A DNA stretch of 64,000 nucleotides from Parcubacteria group bacterium Greene0416_36 (GTDB lineage: Bacteria; Patescibacteriota; Patescibacteriia; VMEV01): the NCBI GenBank assembly GCA_007375725.1, contig VMEV01000001.1, positions 15,503 through 79,502 of the forward strand, in the 5' to 3' direction. Made by a program: the position numbers and the translations under genes. Positions 8,109 to 17,696 of the stretch are shown here, piece by piece (within the stretch, counting starts at the first letter, position 1; each line of letters starts with the position of its first letter). Below the pieces are notes generated by a model that was not told where the DNA came from, did no database searches, and saw only the letters and a list, made by a program, of their open reading frames with translations.

Positions 8109-9400
8109 TTATCCCTTCTTTTCCTATGAAACGTAATCGCAAATCGATGAGCTTCTTCTCTCATCCTTTCCACCAAAAGAGGGTCGTTTAAAAAAAATAA
8201 TGCCTGATCATTTTTAATCTCCTCCAATCCATACATATCCGTCTTTTTACGCGTGGGACCTTTGGCCACGGAGGCCACGGGGATCTTCTTCCCCGACCTT
8301 TCCACGGCCATCCGCGCCACGGCGAGCTGGGTTTTCCCGCCATCGATCAGGATCACGTCCGGCACGGACCAATCGTCATGTCGGAGACGCCGCTCCAGCA
8401 CTTCTTCGAGAGCCGCCAGATCATCAGATCCTGTCTCAGAACGTAAAATGAATTTCCGATATTCGTTTCGGTCCGGCTTTCCGTCGACGAAAACGACCAT
8501 GGATCCCACGGTATCGTGGCCTGATGTATGCGAAATATCGTAGGTTTCGATGCGGCACCGTTGGAGCGCACCTATGTGTGCGCCCTCATGACCATGACCA
8601 AGGCCCGAACCATCTCCGACAGGGCGGACACGCAGGTCCGCCCCTACGTCATCGGATGATCCCAACAATGCAATATCACGAATATGCCGCAGAGCAAATG
8701 CCTGATTGCGCAGAATCGCCGCGCGTTCAAAATCTTCGGATTTACCCGCCAGAACCATGTCTCTTTCCAATTTCTTGAGTAATTGTCCCTTTTTTCCTTC
8801 CAGCATCATCTGAATTCCCTTTATATTACGCAAATATTGGCTTCGGTCAATCGCCCCGTCATAGGGGCCGGGACACAGGCCAATCTGATAATCCAGACAT
8901 CCTTTCTCGCTTTTCTCAATCCGCTCATGAAAAGGAAAAATCTTTCGGATAATTTTGAGGGCAATGGTCATGTGTTTTCGTGAGGTATACGGACCGTACC
9001 TCCGCAAAATTTGTAAGGGCACAAAATTTTGTGCCCTTACAAATTGGGTCTCTCGCCAAATCAAAACTCGTGGAAATTTTTCCTTGGTAATCACAAAATA
9101 GCAGAAAGATTTATCGTCTTTACCGAGCGAATTATATTTCGGCTTATATTTCTTGATTAAATTCGCCTCGAGAATGAGGGCCTCGAGCACGGTTTCCGTC
9201 TCGACATAATCCACCTTGGCGCTCTGCCCCACCATATTGAAGATCCTCTCCCCCCTCGAGTCGTTCCCTGTGAAATACTGCCCCACCCGAGAACGCAGAT
9301 CCGTGGCTTTCCCAACATACAAAAGCCCGCCTGATTTATCTTTCCATAAATAGACGCCGGGGGTGTGGGGGAAGGTTTTGACACTCTCCATCAAATTCAT
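8078..9400 (-). CDS. uvrC: Excinuclease ABC subunit C, short form (GIY-YIG plus RNase H-like endonuclease region; no C-terminal HhH domain)
   Basis: GVYLWKDKSGGLLYVGKATDLRSRVGQYF GIY-YIG motif and a RIETYDISHTSG block. The C-terminus runs into repeat copy 1. Contains an in-frame insertion of about 30 aa. Confidence 0.75.
   Translation of the reverse strand: MNLMESVKTFPHTPGVYLWKDKSGGLLYVGKATDLRSRVGQYFTGNDSRGERIFNMVGQSAKVDYVETETVLEALILEANLIKKYKPKYNSLGKDDKSFCYFVITKEKFPRVLIWRETQFVRAQNFVPLQILRRYGPYTSRKHMTIALKIIRKIFPFHERIEKSEKGCLDYQIGLCPGPYDGAIDRSQYLRNIKGIQMMLEGKKGQLLKKLERDMVLAGKSEDFERAAILRNQAFALRHIRDIALLGSSDDVGADLRVRPVGDGSGLGHGHEGAHIGALQRCRIETYDISHTSGHDTVGSMVVFVDGKPDRNEYRKFILRSETGSDDLAALEEVLERRLRHDDWSVPDVILIDGGKTQLAVARMAVERSGKKIPVASVAKGPTRKKTDMYGLEEIKNDQALFFLNDPLLVERMREEAHRFAITFHRKRRDKQQIPPQPSL
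8562..8656. repeat. GC-rich double-hairpin palindromic element inserted in-frame in uvrC (same family as the tsaD insert)
   Basis: gagcgcac-ctatgt-gtgcgccc ... gggcggac-acgcag-gtccgcccctac. Encodes DDVGADLRVRPVGDGSGLGHGHEGAHIGALQ between the conserved LLG and RIExxDISH blocks, where E. coli has about 6 aa. Confidence 0.7.
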
Positions 9401-9505
9401 AATATTCCTTATAGCTTTTAAAAGCTTACCCAAATCCACTAAAAAAACAAAAGCCAACAAGATACAATCCTATCGGCCTTTAAAATGAATTATTTATTTC
9501 TCCGC

Positions 9506-10066
9506 TTATTTTTCCGCAATTTGTTTGTGCCAAATGCGGTACTTATCTCCAGATGAGCATTCCCATCCCAGAGCACCCAGATCTAAATTCACCACCCAAT
9601 TATTCAGCTCCTCTTTCAAGGTAAATTTGAGCAGTTTCTCATACCGAGTAACCTCCATTCTGAGATAAGGATATGATTTGCTCTTATCCGCAGGAACCTT
9701 TAAATCAACGAGGAATTTAAAGGAAGCACTCTTCAAAAAAGTCATTGCTTCCTGCTCTACCTGGGCGAGAAGATTATAACAAGCCCTTTCCTGTAAAATC
9801 TCAGTTGCCTGGACTTTCAAAGCCTCCAGATCTTTTTTGTAGATTTTCAACAAACTCTGACTATTTTCTTCAGACAAATCAACTGATTCTCCGGACAAGC
9901 TGAGAAAACGGTCATCAATGTCCACAAAAAACTTCGATTGAATTCCCAGCACGGTCAAAACATACTGAAAATTCTGTGGTTTTTTTTCACCCAAACACAC
10001 TAAAAACAGAATCAATCGGTCCACTTCGGAAATATCGCTTCTCTTGAAAAAATTACTCGCACTCAT
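9506..10066 (-). CDS. Hypothetical protein (186 aa)
   Basis: ORF in the gene train; no recognisable motif. Confidence 0.4.
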   Translation of the reverse strand: MSASNFFKRSDISEVDRLILFLVCLGEKKPQNFQYVLTVLGIQSKFFVDIDDRFLSLSGESVDLSEENSQSLLKIYKKDLEALKVQATEILQERACYNLLAQVEQEAMTFLKSASFKFLVDLKVPADKSKSYPYLRMEVTRYEKLLKFTLKEELNNWVVNLDLGALGWECSSGDKYRIWHKQIAEK

Positions 10067-10127
10067 TATAGAGCTCCTTTATCAAAAAAAATAAAATCAA
10101 AACCTCAAGAAAGTTAACACAAAAATA

Positions 10128-11279
10128 TTATCTTGTCAATACCCCCCTCGTCTCCCTCGCACACCTCTCCCACGAAAAATCACGAAGCCGAATCTTGCCC
10201 TTCTCGATCAAATCCCTCTTTAATGCCTCATTTTTTAAAATCCCCGCTATTTTCTCCGCCATATCCTCCACCGAATGCGGATCAAAATAGAGGGCGCCGT
10301 CACGGGCCACTTCCGGAATCGAAGCAATATGAGACGCGACCAGAGGAGTCCCCGCCGTAAACGCCTCCAGAATCGGAATCCCAAACCCTTCATACAATGA
10401 TGGAAACACAAAACAATCAGCACCTTTCATCAGATGAGGTAAGTCGGATTGGGGGACCCAGCCGGGAAACAACAAATCCCTCCCCAACCCTCCCTTTGAC
10501 AAGGGAGGGGGTAGCAGCCTCCCCCTTGTCAAAGGGGGATTGAGGGGGATTTGTTGCTCTATCTCCTCCCACCCCGTCCCCTTCCCTCCCGCCAAAACCA
10601 ATTTATGAGGGATCTGATACTTCTCTTTCAAAATCCGAAACGCGCGAATCAAGCCAACGACATTTTTCTTTTTCTCCAGACGCCCGACATAAAATAAATA
10701 CGGACCCTCAACATATTTTCGGACAATCTCCGACGTTTTATTCCAATCTGTTTTTTTATAAAGCTCCTCATCATATGACTGATACACTACGGAGATTTTG
10801 GACTCCGGAATCCGATAGCGCGCGATCATTTCCTGCCGCGAAAACTCCGAAATCGTGATGATGTGGCGCGCGCGGCGGACAGCCAGTCGCATGGTGAACC
10901 GGTGATAGGCCAGTTCTTTCCAGGAGTACAGTTCTGGAAAAGTCTCAAAACCGATATCGTGGCAGGTGGTGACGGTATTTTGTGGACTGATGATCGGCAA
11001 GGTATGCGCGGGGACAAATAAGACATCGGGAGCATCTGAGAGCATCTCCAGCGACAATCTCCCCTGTGTCCAGAGATATTTCGGCGGCCAATTCAAATAC
11101 TTCACCTTAAAATTCTCCGGCCAAACCGAAAAATCCGAGAGGAGCGGATCTCTCGTATATAACCGATATTGATTCTCGCGGTCCAATCGCGCCAAAGCAC
11201 GAATCAGATGATACGAATACCATTCAGTACCGGTACGTTTGGGTTTATTGGCGCGGGAAGCGTCGATGCCGATTAACAT
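10128..11279 (-). CDS. Family 1 (GT4-type) glycosyltransferase
   Basis: YVGRLEKKKN, LVLAGGKG and ADCFVFPSLYEGFGIPILEA motifs. Start set at MLIGIDAS (11279); the track ORF runs on into upstream repeat copy 3. Confidence 0.75.
   Translation of the reverse strand: MLIGIDASRANKPKRTGTEWYSYHLIRALARLDRENQYRLYTRDPLLSDFSVWPENFKVKYLNWPPKYLWTQGRLSLEMLSDAPDVLFVPAHTLPIISPQNTVTTCHDIGFETFPELYSWKELAYHRFTMRLAVRRARHIITISEFSRQEMIARYRIPESKISVVYQSYDEELYKKTDWNKTSEIVRKYVEGPYLFYVGRLEKKKNVVGLIRAFRILKEKYQIPHKLVLAGGKGTGWEEIEQQIPLNPPLTRGRLLPPPLSKGGLGRDLLFPGWVPQSDLPHLMKGADCFVFPSLYEGFGIPILEAFTAGTPLVASHIASIPEVARDGALYFDPHSVEDMAEKIAGILKNEALKRDLIEKGKIRLRDFSWERCARETRGVLTR
10470..10556. repeat. GC-rich palindromic repeat element, copy 2, lying in-frame (87 bp) inside the glycosyltransferase gene
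   Basis: Near-identical to copies at 11301 and 32514. It translates as QIPLNPPLTRGRLLPPPLSKGGLGRDLL within the GT ORF without a stop. Confidence 0.8.
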
Positions 11280-11300
11280 AATTAAACAACAAACAGCCAA

Positions 11301-11397
11301 CAACAAATCCCTCCCCAACCCTCCCTTTGACAAGGGAGGGGGTAGCAACCTCCCCCTTGTCAAAGGGGGATTGAGGGGGATTTGTTGTTTATTTTTT
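11301..11397. repeat. GC-rich palindromic repeat element, copy 3
   Basis: Same sequence family; lies between the GT start and the hpf stop. Confidence 0.8.
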
Positions 11398-11401
11398 ATT
11401 C

Positions 11402-11746
11402 TTAATTGTTTTTCGCCCTCACCCCTTCCTTCTGATCCTTGGCATGCAGTTTCTCCTTCGCTTTCTTAAGTTCCATTTCCAGTATTTTCTTGACTTCGAC
11501 GACAGCTTCGTCCAGATTCTTCGCCACACTCTCGGCGCGGATCAGATCACCGGCATTGAGATTCACAATCGCGCGAAATACATCACCTTTGTGATGATGA
11601 GTCGTTTTCTCGACTTCCACTCGGCCATCAATGATTCTGGAGTAGAATTTATCGAGATTGCCGATCTTGTCCTCGATCAAAGACTTGATGGCTGGAGTCA
11701 GGTCAAAATTTTTGGCGGAAATATGAAGAGTGATCATAAAAACCAA
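11402..11746 (-). CDS. hpf: Ribosome hibernation promoting factor / RaiA family
   Basis: ISAKNFDLTPAIKSLIEDKIGNLDKFYSRIIDGRVEV matches the S30AE/RaiA pattern. Confidence 0.8.
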   Translation of the reverse strand: MVFMITLHISAKNFDLTPAIKSLIEDKIGNLDKFYSRIIDGRVEVEKTTHHHKGDVFRAIVNLNAGDLIRAESVAKNLDEAVVEVKKILEMELKKAKEKLHAKDQKEGVRAKNN

Positions 11747-11820
11747 TTAAAAATTAAAAATGCAAAATTAAAAATGAATAAAAAAGCTGTTTCATTCTTA
11801 ATTTTTAATTATTAATTTTG
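11747..11820. repeat. AT-rich inverted repeat of the aattaagaatgaa family (copy b)
   Basis: aattaaaaatgaataaaaaagctgtttcattcttaattttt. Confidence 0.5.
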
Positions 11821-11823
11821 AAT

Positions 11824-12495
11824 TTAAAACCCCACCATCCTTATCCTCTCTCTCAGCTGCACCCCGTGCTGGTCGCGGACTTGCTGTTTGACATAGGAAA
11901 TGAGCATAACGGCGTGATTGGCGGTGCCTTTTCCCAAATTCACGAAAAAATTCGCGTCTTCTTCCGGCACCAGAATATCACCCATTTTTTTCCCCCGCAA
12001 ACCGGCTTTGGCCAATAAGTAGGAAGCGGGGATTTTTCCCGATTTACGAAAACCGTCATGTTCTTCCATGCAGTCACGAAGAATATCGTTTTTAAGCGCG
12101 CCCTGTTTGTCATTGGCGAGTTCACACGAATCCGGTTTGAGGACCACATCTTCAAATAAAGGCCCCGCATACCCAGCCAGTCCCGAAAAACGTGAATCAT
12201 CCGGAATTTCTGGCGTAGGATAAAATAGCACCACGGATTTGATCGCTCCATTATTACAGATCACGGGTTCTCCTTGAGGCAGTAAAAAAGAACTGATCTT
12301 CTCCAATTCAAGCTTTCGCACAGCCTCTTCGGCCTCTTGTTTGGATGACATCTTCAAACAATACAAAGCCGTCCCACCTACTTTTAAAGTGGTATACGGG
12401 GCGAGGGGCTCATTGAGGAGTAATTTTTCTTGGAAATTTTGTTGGAGAAAATGAAGGGGGTCCATAAGCATGTCATGGTGAGCCTGTCGAACCAT
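11824..12495 (-). CDS. murB: UDP-N-acetylenolpyruvoylglucosamine reductase (short form)
   Basis: LAPYTTLKVGG motif and dcw-cluster context. Confidence 0.75.
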   Translation of the reverse strand: MVRQAHHDMLMDPLHFLQQNFQEKLLLNEPLAPYTTLKVGGTALYCLKMSSKQEAEEAVRKLELEKISSFLLPQGEPVICNNGAIKSVVLFYPTPEIPDDSRFSGLAGYAGPLFEDVVLKPDSCELANDKQGALKNDILRDCMEEHDGFRKSGKIPASYLLAKAGLRGKKMGDILVPEEDANFFVNLGKGTANHAVMLISYVKQQVRDQHGVQLRERIRMVGF

Positions 12496-12540
12496 CTCTC
12501 TGTAAATGAAGATCCTTCGACAGGCTCAGGATGACAAGTT

Positions 12541-13920
12541 TTATTTTTTTAAAAACTTCCTCGCCACCCTGCCCGCGTCCCCAGCCCCCATAAACACAAT
12601 CACATCTCCTTTTTGAGTACTTTTCTCTAACCAGGCCTCAACCTCATCAAGAGTGGGCACAAAATAAGCGGTTTTTCCGATTTTAGAAATTTCAGCCACA
12701 ACTGAGGCTCCGGTAATCGTCCCTTTGGCTTCTCGGGCAGAGGCATAAATATCCGTCACCACGGTCACATCCGCGTCCAAAAAGGCTCCTCCGAAACCAG
12801 CGAGCAAGGCTTCGGTTCTCGAAAAGGTATGGGGCTGAAACACGGCTACAATCCGACGTCCGGGATAAAATTCACGGAGCGCGTCTAGAGATGCCTCGAT
12901 TTTCTGCGGATTATGAGCATAGTCATCGATGACTAGCACTCCATTCTTCTCCCCCAATACCTCCAGCCGCCGCTCCACCCCGCCATAAGAAGCCAAGGAA
13001 GACTGAATGGTTCCAAAAGGCACTTGCAAAGCGCGAGCGAGCGCAATAGCGCCGAGAGCATTGTGAACATTGTGACGGCCCGGAACACGAAGCGACATCT
13101 CCGCGGACCCCACGTCAAACAAAATATGCCCTTTTTCTACTCGGACTTTCTCTCCTCGAATCTGCGCCTTGGGTGAAAATCCAAAGGTCACGAGTTTGCA
13201 TTTGGCACGGGAGACGATGGTCTCGACAATCGGATGATCGATTCCAGCGACCAAGATTCCGTCCTTGGGCAAGAGGCCAATGAACTCTTCAAATACTTTT
13301 TGATAATCCGCTGGAGTGGGAAAACAATCGGGATGTTCCCAATCAATATTATTTAGCACTATGGCTCGAGGACGATACTGCAGAAACTTTTTCTGATATT
13401 CATCCGACTCCAGAATAAAATGATCGCCGCCACCCACCAAAGCATTCCCCCCCAGTTGAGGCACATTCGCGCCGATAATGGCCTTGGGATCCAGCCCCGC
13501 GTCCTTGAGAATACAAGCGAGCATAGCGGTGGTCGTGGTTTTGCCATGCGAACCACACACGGAAATACCAAAAGGGCTCGCGTTGAACAAAAGGGCAACA
13601 GCCTGCGGATACGACAATGCCTCAATTTTCTGTTCCATCACCCAGCCTAATTCGGGATTCGTCTCGGGCCGATAGGCCGTGGAATAGATGACACCTTGAC
13701 CTGGTAAGGGCGTATTGCAATACGCCCTTACATGTGCCACCGAAAACCCCTCATGAACTTCTATTCCCGACTTCGCCAATACGGCATCCGTGCCGAATTT
13801 CTCCGCCACGTCCGAACCTGTTACCCGAATTCCCATGGACTGGAGCATTTGAGCCAAAGCCGTCATGCCCACGCCTTTAACCCCGATCATATATACCGAT
13901 TTTATTCGCGAGAAATCCAT
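12541..13920 (-). CDS. murC: UDP-N-acetylmuramate--L-alanine ligase
   Basis: IYMIGVKGVGMTALA and GSHGKTTTTAML motifs. Confidence 0.9.
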   Translation of the reverse strand: MDFSRIKSVYMIGVKGVGMTALAQMLQSMGIRVTGSDVAEKFGTDAVLAKSGIEVHEGFSVAHVRAYCNTPLPGQGVIYSTAYRPETNPELGWVMEQKIEALSYPQAVALLFNASPFGISVCGSHGKTTTTAMLACILKDAGLDPKAIIGANVPQLGGNALVGGGDHFILESDEYQKKFLQYRPRAIVLNNIDWEHPDCFPTPADYQKVFEEFIGLLPKDGILVAGIDHPIVETIVSRAKCKLVTFGFSPKAQIRGEKVRVEKGHILFDVGSAEMSLRVPGRHNVHNALGAIALARALQVPFGTIQSSLASYGGVERRLEVLGEKNGVLVIDDYAHNPQKIEASLDALREFYPGRRIVAVFQPHTFSRTEALLAGFGGAFLDADVTVVTDIYASAREAKGTITGASVVAEISKIGKTAYFVPTLDEVEAWLEKSTQKGDVIVFMGAGDAGRVARKFLKK

Positions 13921-14007
13921 AAATTTCTCTTATTTTAGCATCTATCAAGATAAAAATCCAAATAAAAAAAGAACCGAAAATATTTTCGATTCTTTTTCTA
14001 ATTCCAC

Positions 14008-14286
14008 AAAAAGGGCTTGGTTGACAGGCGGGATTCTTTGACGTATACTAATATAAAGTTGTAAACAAGGTATCTGATCCAACTATAGGATCTACTTGCA
14101 TGGACTTGTTTACAGACTTCATATTTTACTTTGCTTCAAAGAGTCCTATGGCTATAGGATTCTTTTAGTTTTAATTGCAATTACTATAAGTAAAAACAAG
14201 GTTAAAACTAAAATGGTTTGATCCATAACACCTATCACCCCCTTTCCTGAGTTAATGACTCAAGATCCGGATCAGATACGCAAGTA
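14008..14286 (+). ncRNA. Conserved non-coding element copy A; candidate small RNA carrying its own promoter (function unknown)
   Basis: About 85% identical to 16002..16278. Stems are preserved with loop changes and a G-U-compatible substitution (GAGTCCTA..TAGGATTC versus GAATCCTA..TAGGATTC). No conserved ORF. Confidence 0.4.
14021..14049 (+). promoter_or_regulatory. Sigma-70-like promoter TTGACA-N17-TATACT
   Basis: ttgacaggcgggattctttgacgtatact; conserved in copy B at 16015..16043. Confidence 0.5.
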
Positions 14287-14342
14287 TTTCAACTTAACCT
14301 ACCAACACAAATTTGCAAGGTCGTTTTATCCCCAAAAATTCG

Positions 14343-14380
14343 AATAAAAAAAGAACCGAAATTTATTTCGGTCCGCACTT
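14343..14380 (-). terminator. Rho-independent terminator hairpin downstream of the 14399..14737 gene
   Basis: accgaaa-tttat-tttcggt stem followed by a T-run on the minus strand. Confidence 0.5.
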
Positions 14381-14398
14381 TCCAGACTATTAAAAGTT

Positions 14399-14737
14399 TC
14401 ACAACTGGCTCAATAGTTTTTTGAGCTGTTCGACGGCGACGGGATTCTTACCGGCTACTTTTTTAATCGTCGTTCTATAATCAGCCGCCATCAAAATATG
14501 ACACTTTTCTCGATTGGCTTTATAAAATGCAAAAGCCTCATCAATGGCAGCCGGTAAGATATAGTGATATTTTTCCTTAATGGATTGAATGGTACTATGC
14601 GTCATGTGCCAATCCATAACCAAGCGAATAACCTTCATTTTAGAGCCATTCATGATAGGCTCCCCTTTTTCATTTAATGAAATGTATTGATAAGACATGA
14701 TCCATCTCCTGAACAAAAAATTACTCCGTACTTCCAA
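14399..14737 (-). CDS. Small protein, possibly DUF433-like, between murG and murC
   Basis: Weak resemblance of KVIRLVMDW...TIQSIKEKYHYILPAAIDEAFAFY to the DUF433 pattern; low certainty. Confidence 0.35.
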   Translation of the reverse strand: MEVRSNFLFRRWIMSYQYISLNEKGEPIMNGSKMKVIRLVMDWHMTHSTIQSIKEKYHYILPAAIDEAFAFYKANREKCHILMAADYRTTIKKVAGKNPVAVEQLKKLLSQL

Positions 14738-14797
14738 AACACACTAAAAAATAGCATATTGCGGGAAACAAGACAACCCCACCTAATCAAAATCCGT

Positions 14798-15879
14798 CTA
14801 AAAAGCTTTCCTCACCACCTCCGCCATCTTCTCCGCCCCATCTAATGGCATAATTCCCTTTAAATTAGATTTCAGCTTCGCGGATTCGCTGGGGTCGAGC
14901 AATAATCGCACGGCCACAACAAGATCCCTCGGCAATAATCCTTTTTGAGGCAAAACGCGAATGGCGCCTTTTTCTTCGAGGAATCGGGCATTATTTTCTT
15001 GGTGGGAGTCGGGGATGGGGATAATGATCGAGGGTTTGCCGAGGGCGATGATCTCGGAGAGAGAGCCGATGCCAGCGCGGGAGACCACGAGGTCAGCCGA
15101 GGCATAGGCATCGCCCATCGACTCCATCAAAAACTCAAATCGGCGATAATTTTTATCAATGAGAGGATCTTTGGGGACGGGATGATCCAAGTCCTTGCCT
15201 TTGCCGGTGATATGAATCACCTGGGTCCATTGGAGCAAATCGGGAAGGGCTTTATAGACCAGATGATTGATGCCGGAAGCCCCGGTCCCTCCGCCAAAAA
15301 TTAAGGTCACTGGCATTTCGGAATTGAAATTTAAATTTTTAAAGGCGCGATCTTTATTGCCCTCCACTATTTCTTTTCGAATCGGCTGGCCGGTCCAAAT
15401 AGCTTTATTTTTAGGAAAATCTTCGAGCGATTTTTCAAATACCGTTGTGATTTTAGTAGCAAAAGGGGCCATCAGTTTATTGGCGAGTCCAACTAAAATA
15501 TCCTGTTGATGAACGAATATGGGAATGCGAAGAATCCATCCAGCCCAAACTACAGGCACGGCCACAAATCCGCCGGCCGTGAGAATCGCTTTCGGCCGAT
15601 TGAAGAGCAAATACGCAAGACTATACAAAAAAGCCCCGCCAAGGCGAAAAAAATCCGTGATATTTCGCCAGTCCCAATAACGGCGCATTTTCCCGGAGGG
15701 AATCGCCACAAATCGAATCCCCTGCTTTTCCACGACCTCTTTCTCCGGTCCTTCTTTCGTCCCCATCCATACCGGCTCCCACTCCCCCTCGTCGCGAAGT
15801 TCTTGCCATACGGCCAAAAGAGGGACCACGGGCCCTAGGGTTCCTCCGCCGGAGAATAAAATTTTATTTTTCTTGCTCA
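14798..15879 (-). CDS. murG: Undecaprenyldiphospho-muramoylpentapeptide beta-N-acetylglucosaminyltransferase
   Basis: ILFSGGGTLGPVVP and GGTGASGIN motifs; start at MSKKNKILF. Confidence 0.9.
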
Positions 15880-16001
15880 TAAAATTCCCCTTTTCACTCA
15901 CGATAACATGTAAATAAGGTAAACAAAATAGCCCTCCCCGCTTCGCCCTAAGGCGGGCTACGCGGGGCAAGCCCCGGTTGGGAAAGCTATCTTTTTTTTC
16001 A

Positions 16002-16278
16002 TAAAAGGGATTGGTTGACAGAGCGGATTCTTTGACGTATACTCAGATAAAGTTGTAAACAAGATACCCGATATCTTTTGTGTCTACTTGCACGGACTTG
16101 CTTACAGACTTCACCTCACGTTTGTTTAGAGAATCCTACCCTATAGGATTCTTTTTGTTTTAATTGCAATTACTATAAGTAAAAACAAAGTTAAAACTAA
16201 AATAGTTTGATCCATAGTTCTCTGTCTCACCCCCTTTCCGAGTTTAATAACTCCAGACCCGGATCGGATACGCAAGTA
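16002..16278 (+). ncRNA. Conserved non-coding element copy B; candidate small RNA
   Basis: Paralog of 14008..14286 with the same TTGACA-N17-TATACT promoter (16015..16043). Confidence 0.4.
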
Positions 16279-16356
16279 ATTCACATTACATCAAAGAATT
16301 ATATTTTCAATGCTGACTTATCCACCAAAAAAGAGCCACCTGAGGTGGCTCTTTTT

Positions 16357-17493
16357 TTATCGAAACGAGCGTTTTCCACGGCTATCTCCCCCCTGCCTGG
16401 AAATATTAATCAAGATGCCGATCGCGGCCATGGTCACGACGAGAGAAGAGGAACCGTAGCTCACGAGGGGAAGAGGCACACCAGTCAGAGGAATGAGACT
16501 GAGCATGGACGCGATATTGATGAAGGACTGGAAAATAATCCAGAAGGTGATCCCTGCGGCTAGGTATTTGCCGAAATCATCGGGGGCACAGTAGGCGGCT
16601 CGCAGGCCGCGAAAAAAAAGCCAGAGGAGAAGAAAAATAAAACACACCATCACCACAAAACCCATCTCTTCGGCAATCACGGCAAATATCGAATCCCCCA
16701 CCACCTCGGGCAGATACATCTGCTTTTGTATGGAGTTGCCCAGGCCTTTGCCCCAGAGTCCGCCAGATCCGATAGCAACCAAGGCTTGATTGATATGATA
16801 ACTGATGCCCTGCGGATCGGCTTCGGGATTCATGAAAGCCAGAATACGCGCGGCACGGTAAGGCGCGATTTTGACGAGCAGCCAAAATAGGAAGACGCCT
16901 CCAGCACCCAACAAAGCTAGATGCCTCCACGGAGCTCCGGCAATAAAATAAACCATCATCGAAAAGAAGACAATAATAGACATGGTTCCTACGTCCGGCT
17001 GGAGGATGATCAGAAACATCACGAGTCCCAAAGAACTCACGAATGGCACCAGCCCCGCGTGAAAATCCTGAATTTCGCGGGATCCTCTTTGCGCAAAAAA
17101 AGCCGCAATATAAATCAAAAATCCCAGTTTTACGGCCTCAGAAGGCTGAAATGAAAATCCTCCGATATGAATCCAGCGGCTCGCCCCCAACAATTCTGCG
17201 CCTAGCCCGGGCAAAAAAACGGACAAAAGAAGAATGATGGATCCCACAAAAAATGGAAAGGCCCATTTCTTCCACATTTTGTAATCCAGCATGGAAAAAA
17301 GGGTCATCACGATCAGTCCCGGGATCACACCCTGCAAGAGTTGATTTTTGAGATAATAGTAACTGTCTCCAAATTTTTGATATGCGACAGCATTGGATAC
17401 TGAAGAAAGCATGATCACCCCAAAAACAAGCAAAAACAAATATCCGCCCACCAATCCGTAATCAGGAGATTTCATTTTTTGGAAAAAAGACAT
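16357..17493 (-). CDS. ftsW: SEDS-family peptidoglycan glycosyltransferase FtsW/RodA
   Basis: Ten-TM protein ending in PLPLVSYGSSS; dcw context. Confidence 0.9.
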   Translation of the reverse strand: MSFFQKMKSPDYGLVGGYLFLLVFGVIMLSSVSNAVAYQKFGDSYYYLKNQLLQGVIPGLIVMTLFSMLDYKMWKKWAFPFFVGSIILLLSVFLPGLGAELLGASRWIHIGGFSFQPSEAVKLGFLIYIAAFFAQRGSREIQDFHAGLVPFVSSLGLVMFLIILQPDVGTMSIIVFFSMMVYFIAGAPWRHLALLGAGGVFLFWLLVKIAPYRAARILAFMNPEADPQGISYHINQALVAIGSGGLWGKGLGNSIQKQMYLPEVVGDSIFAVIAEEMGFVVMVCFIFLLLWLFFRGLRAAYCAPDDFGKYLAAGITFWIIFQSFINIASMLSLIPLTGVPLPLVSYGSSSLVVTMAAIGILINISRQGGDSRGKRSFR

Positions 17494-17696
17494 AAGGGAA
17501 CAAACCCATCCCCAACCCCTCCCTTAACAAGGAAGGGCGTAAATCGAACCCTTTCGAAAATAAAAAGGGCCAGTGGGGTTTCTATTAGAATACTGGGATA
17601 CGAAAAATTAGGCAAAAAATGAATAAACCATCGCTATTGGGCGATGGCTATTTTGGAAAAGATAGAATTCCAATGCTATTAGTCTACCATTTTCTT

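Noticed and set aside
11239-11469. 76-aa ORF with an NKSLPNPPFDKGG... peptide, and the matching N-terminal extensions of the 6895..8142, 10128..11363 and 32072..32518 ORFs
   Set aside because: These are read-through translations of the GC-rich palindromic repeat. The same peptide appears wherever the repeat occurs. True starts were placed at internal Met codons.
14044-14120. 22-aa ORF (MDLFTDFIFYFASKSPMAIGFF) inside conserved element copy A
   Set aside because: The ATG and frame are not conserved in copy B, so the element is treated as non-coding.
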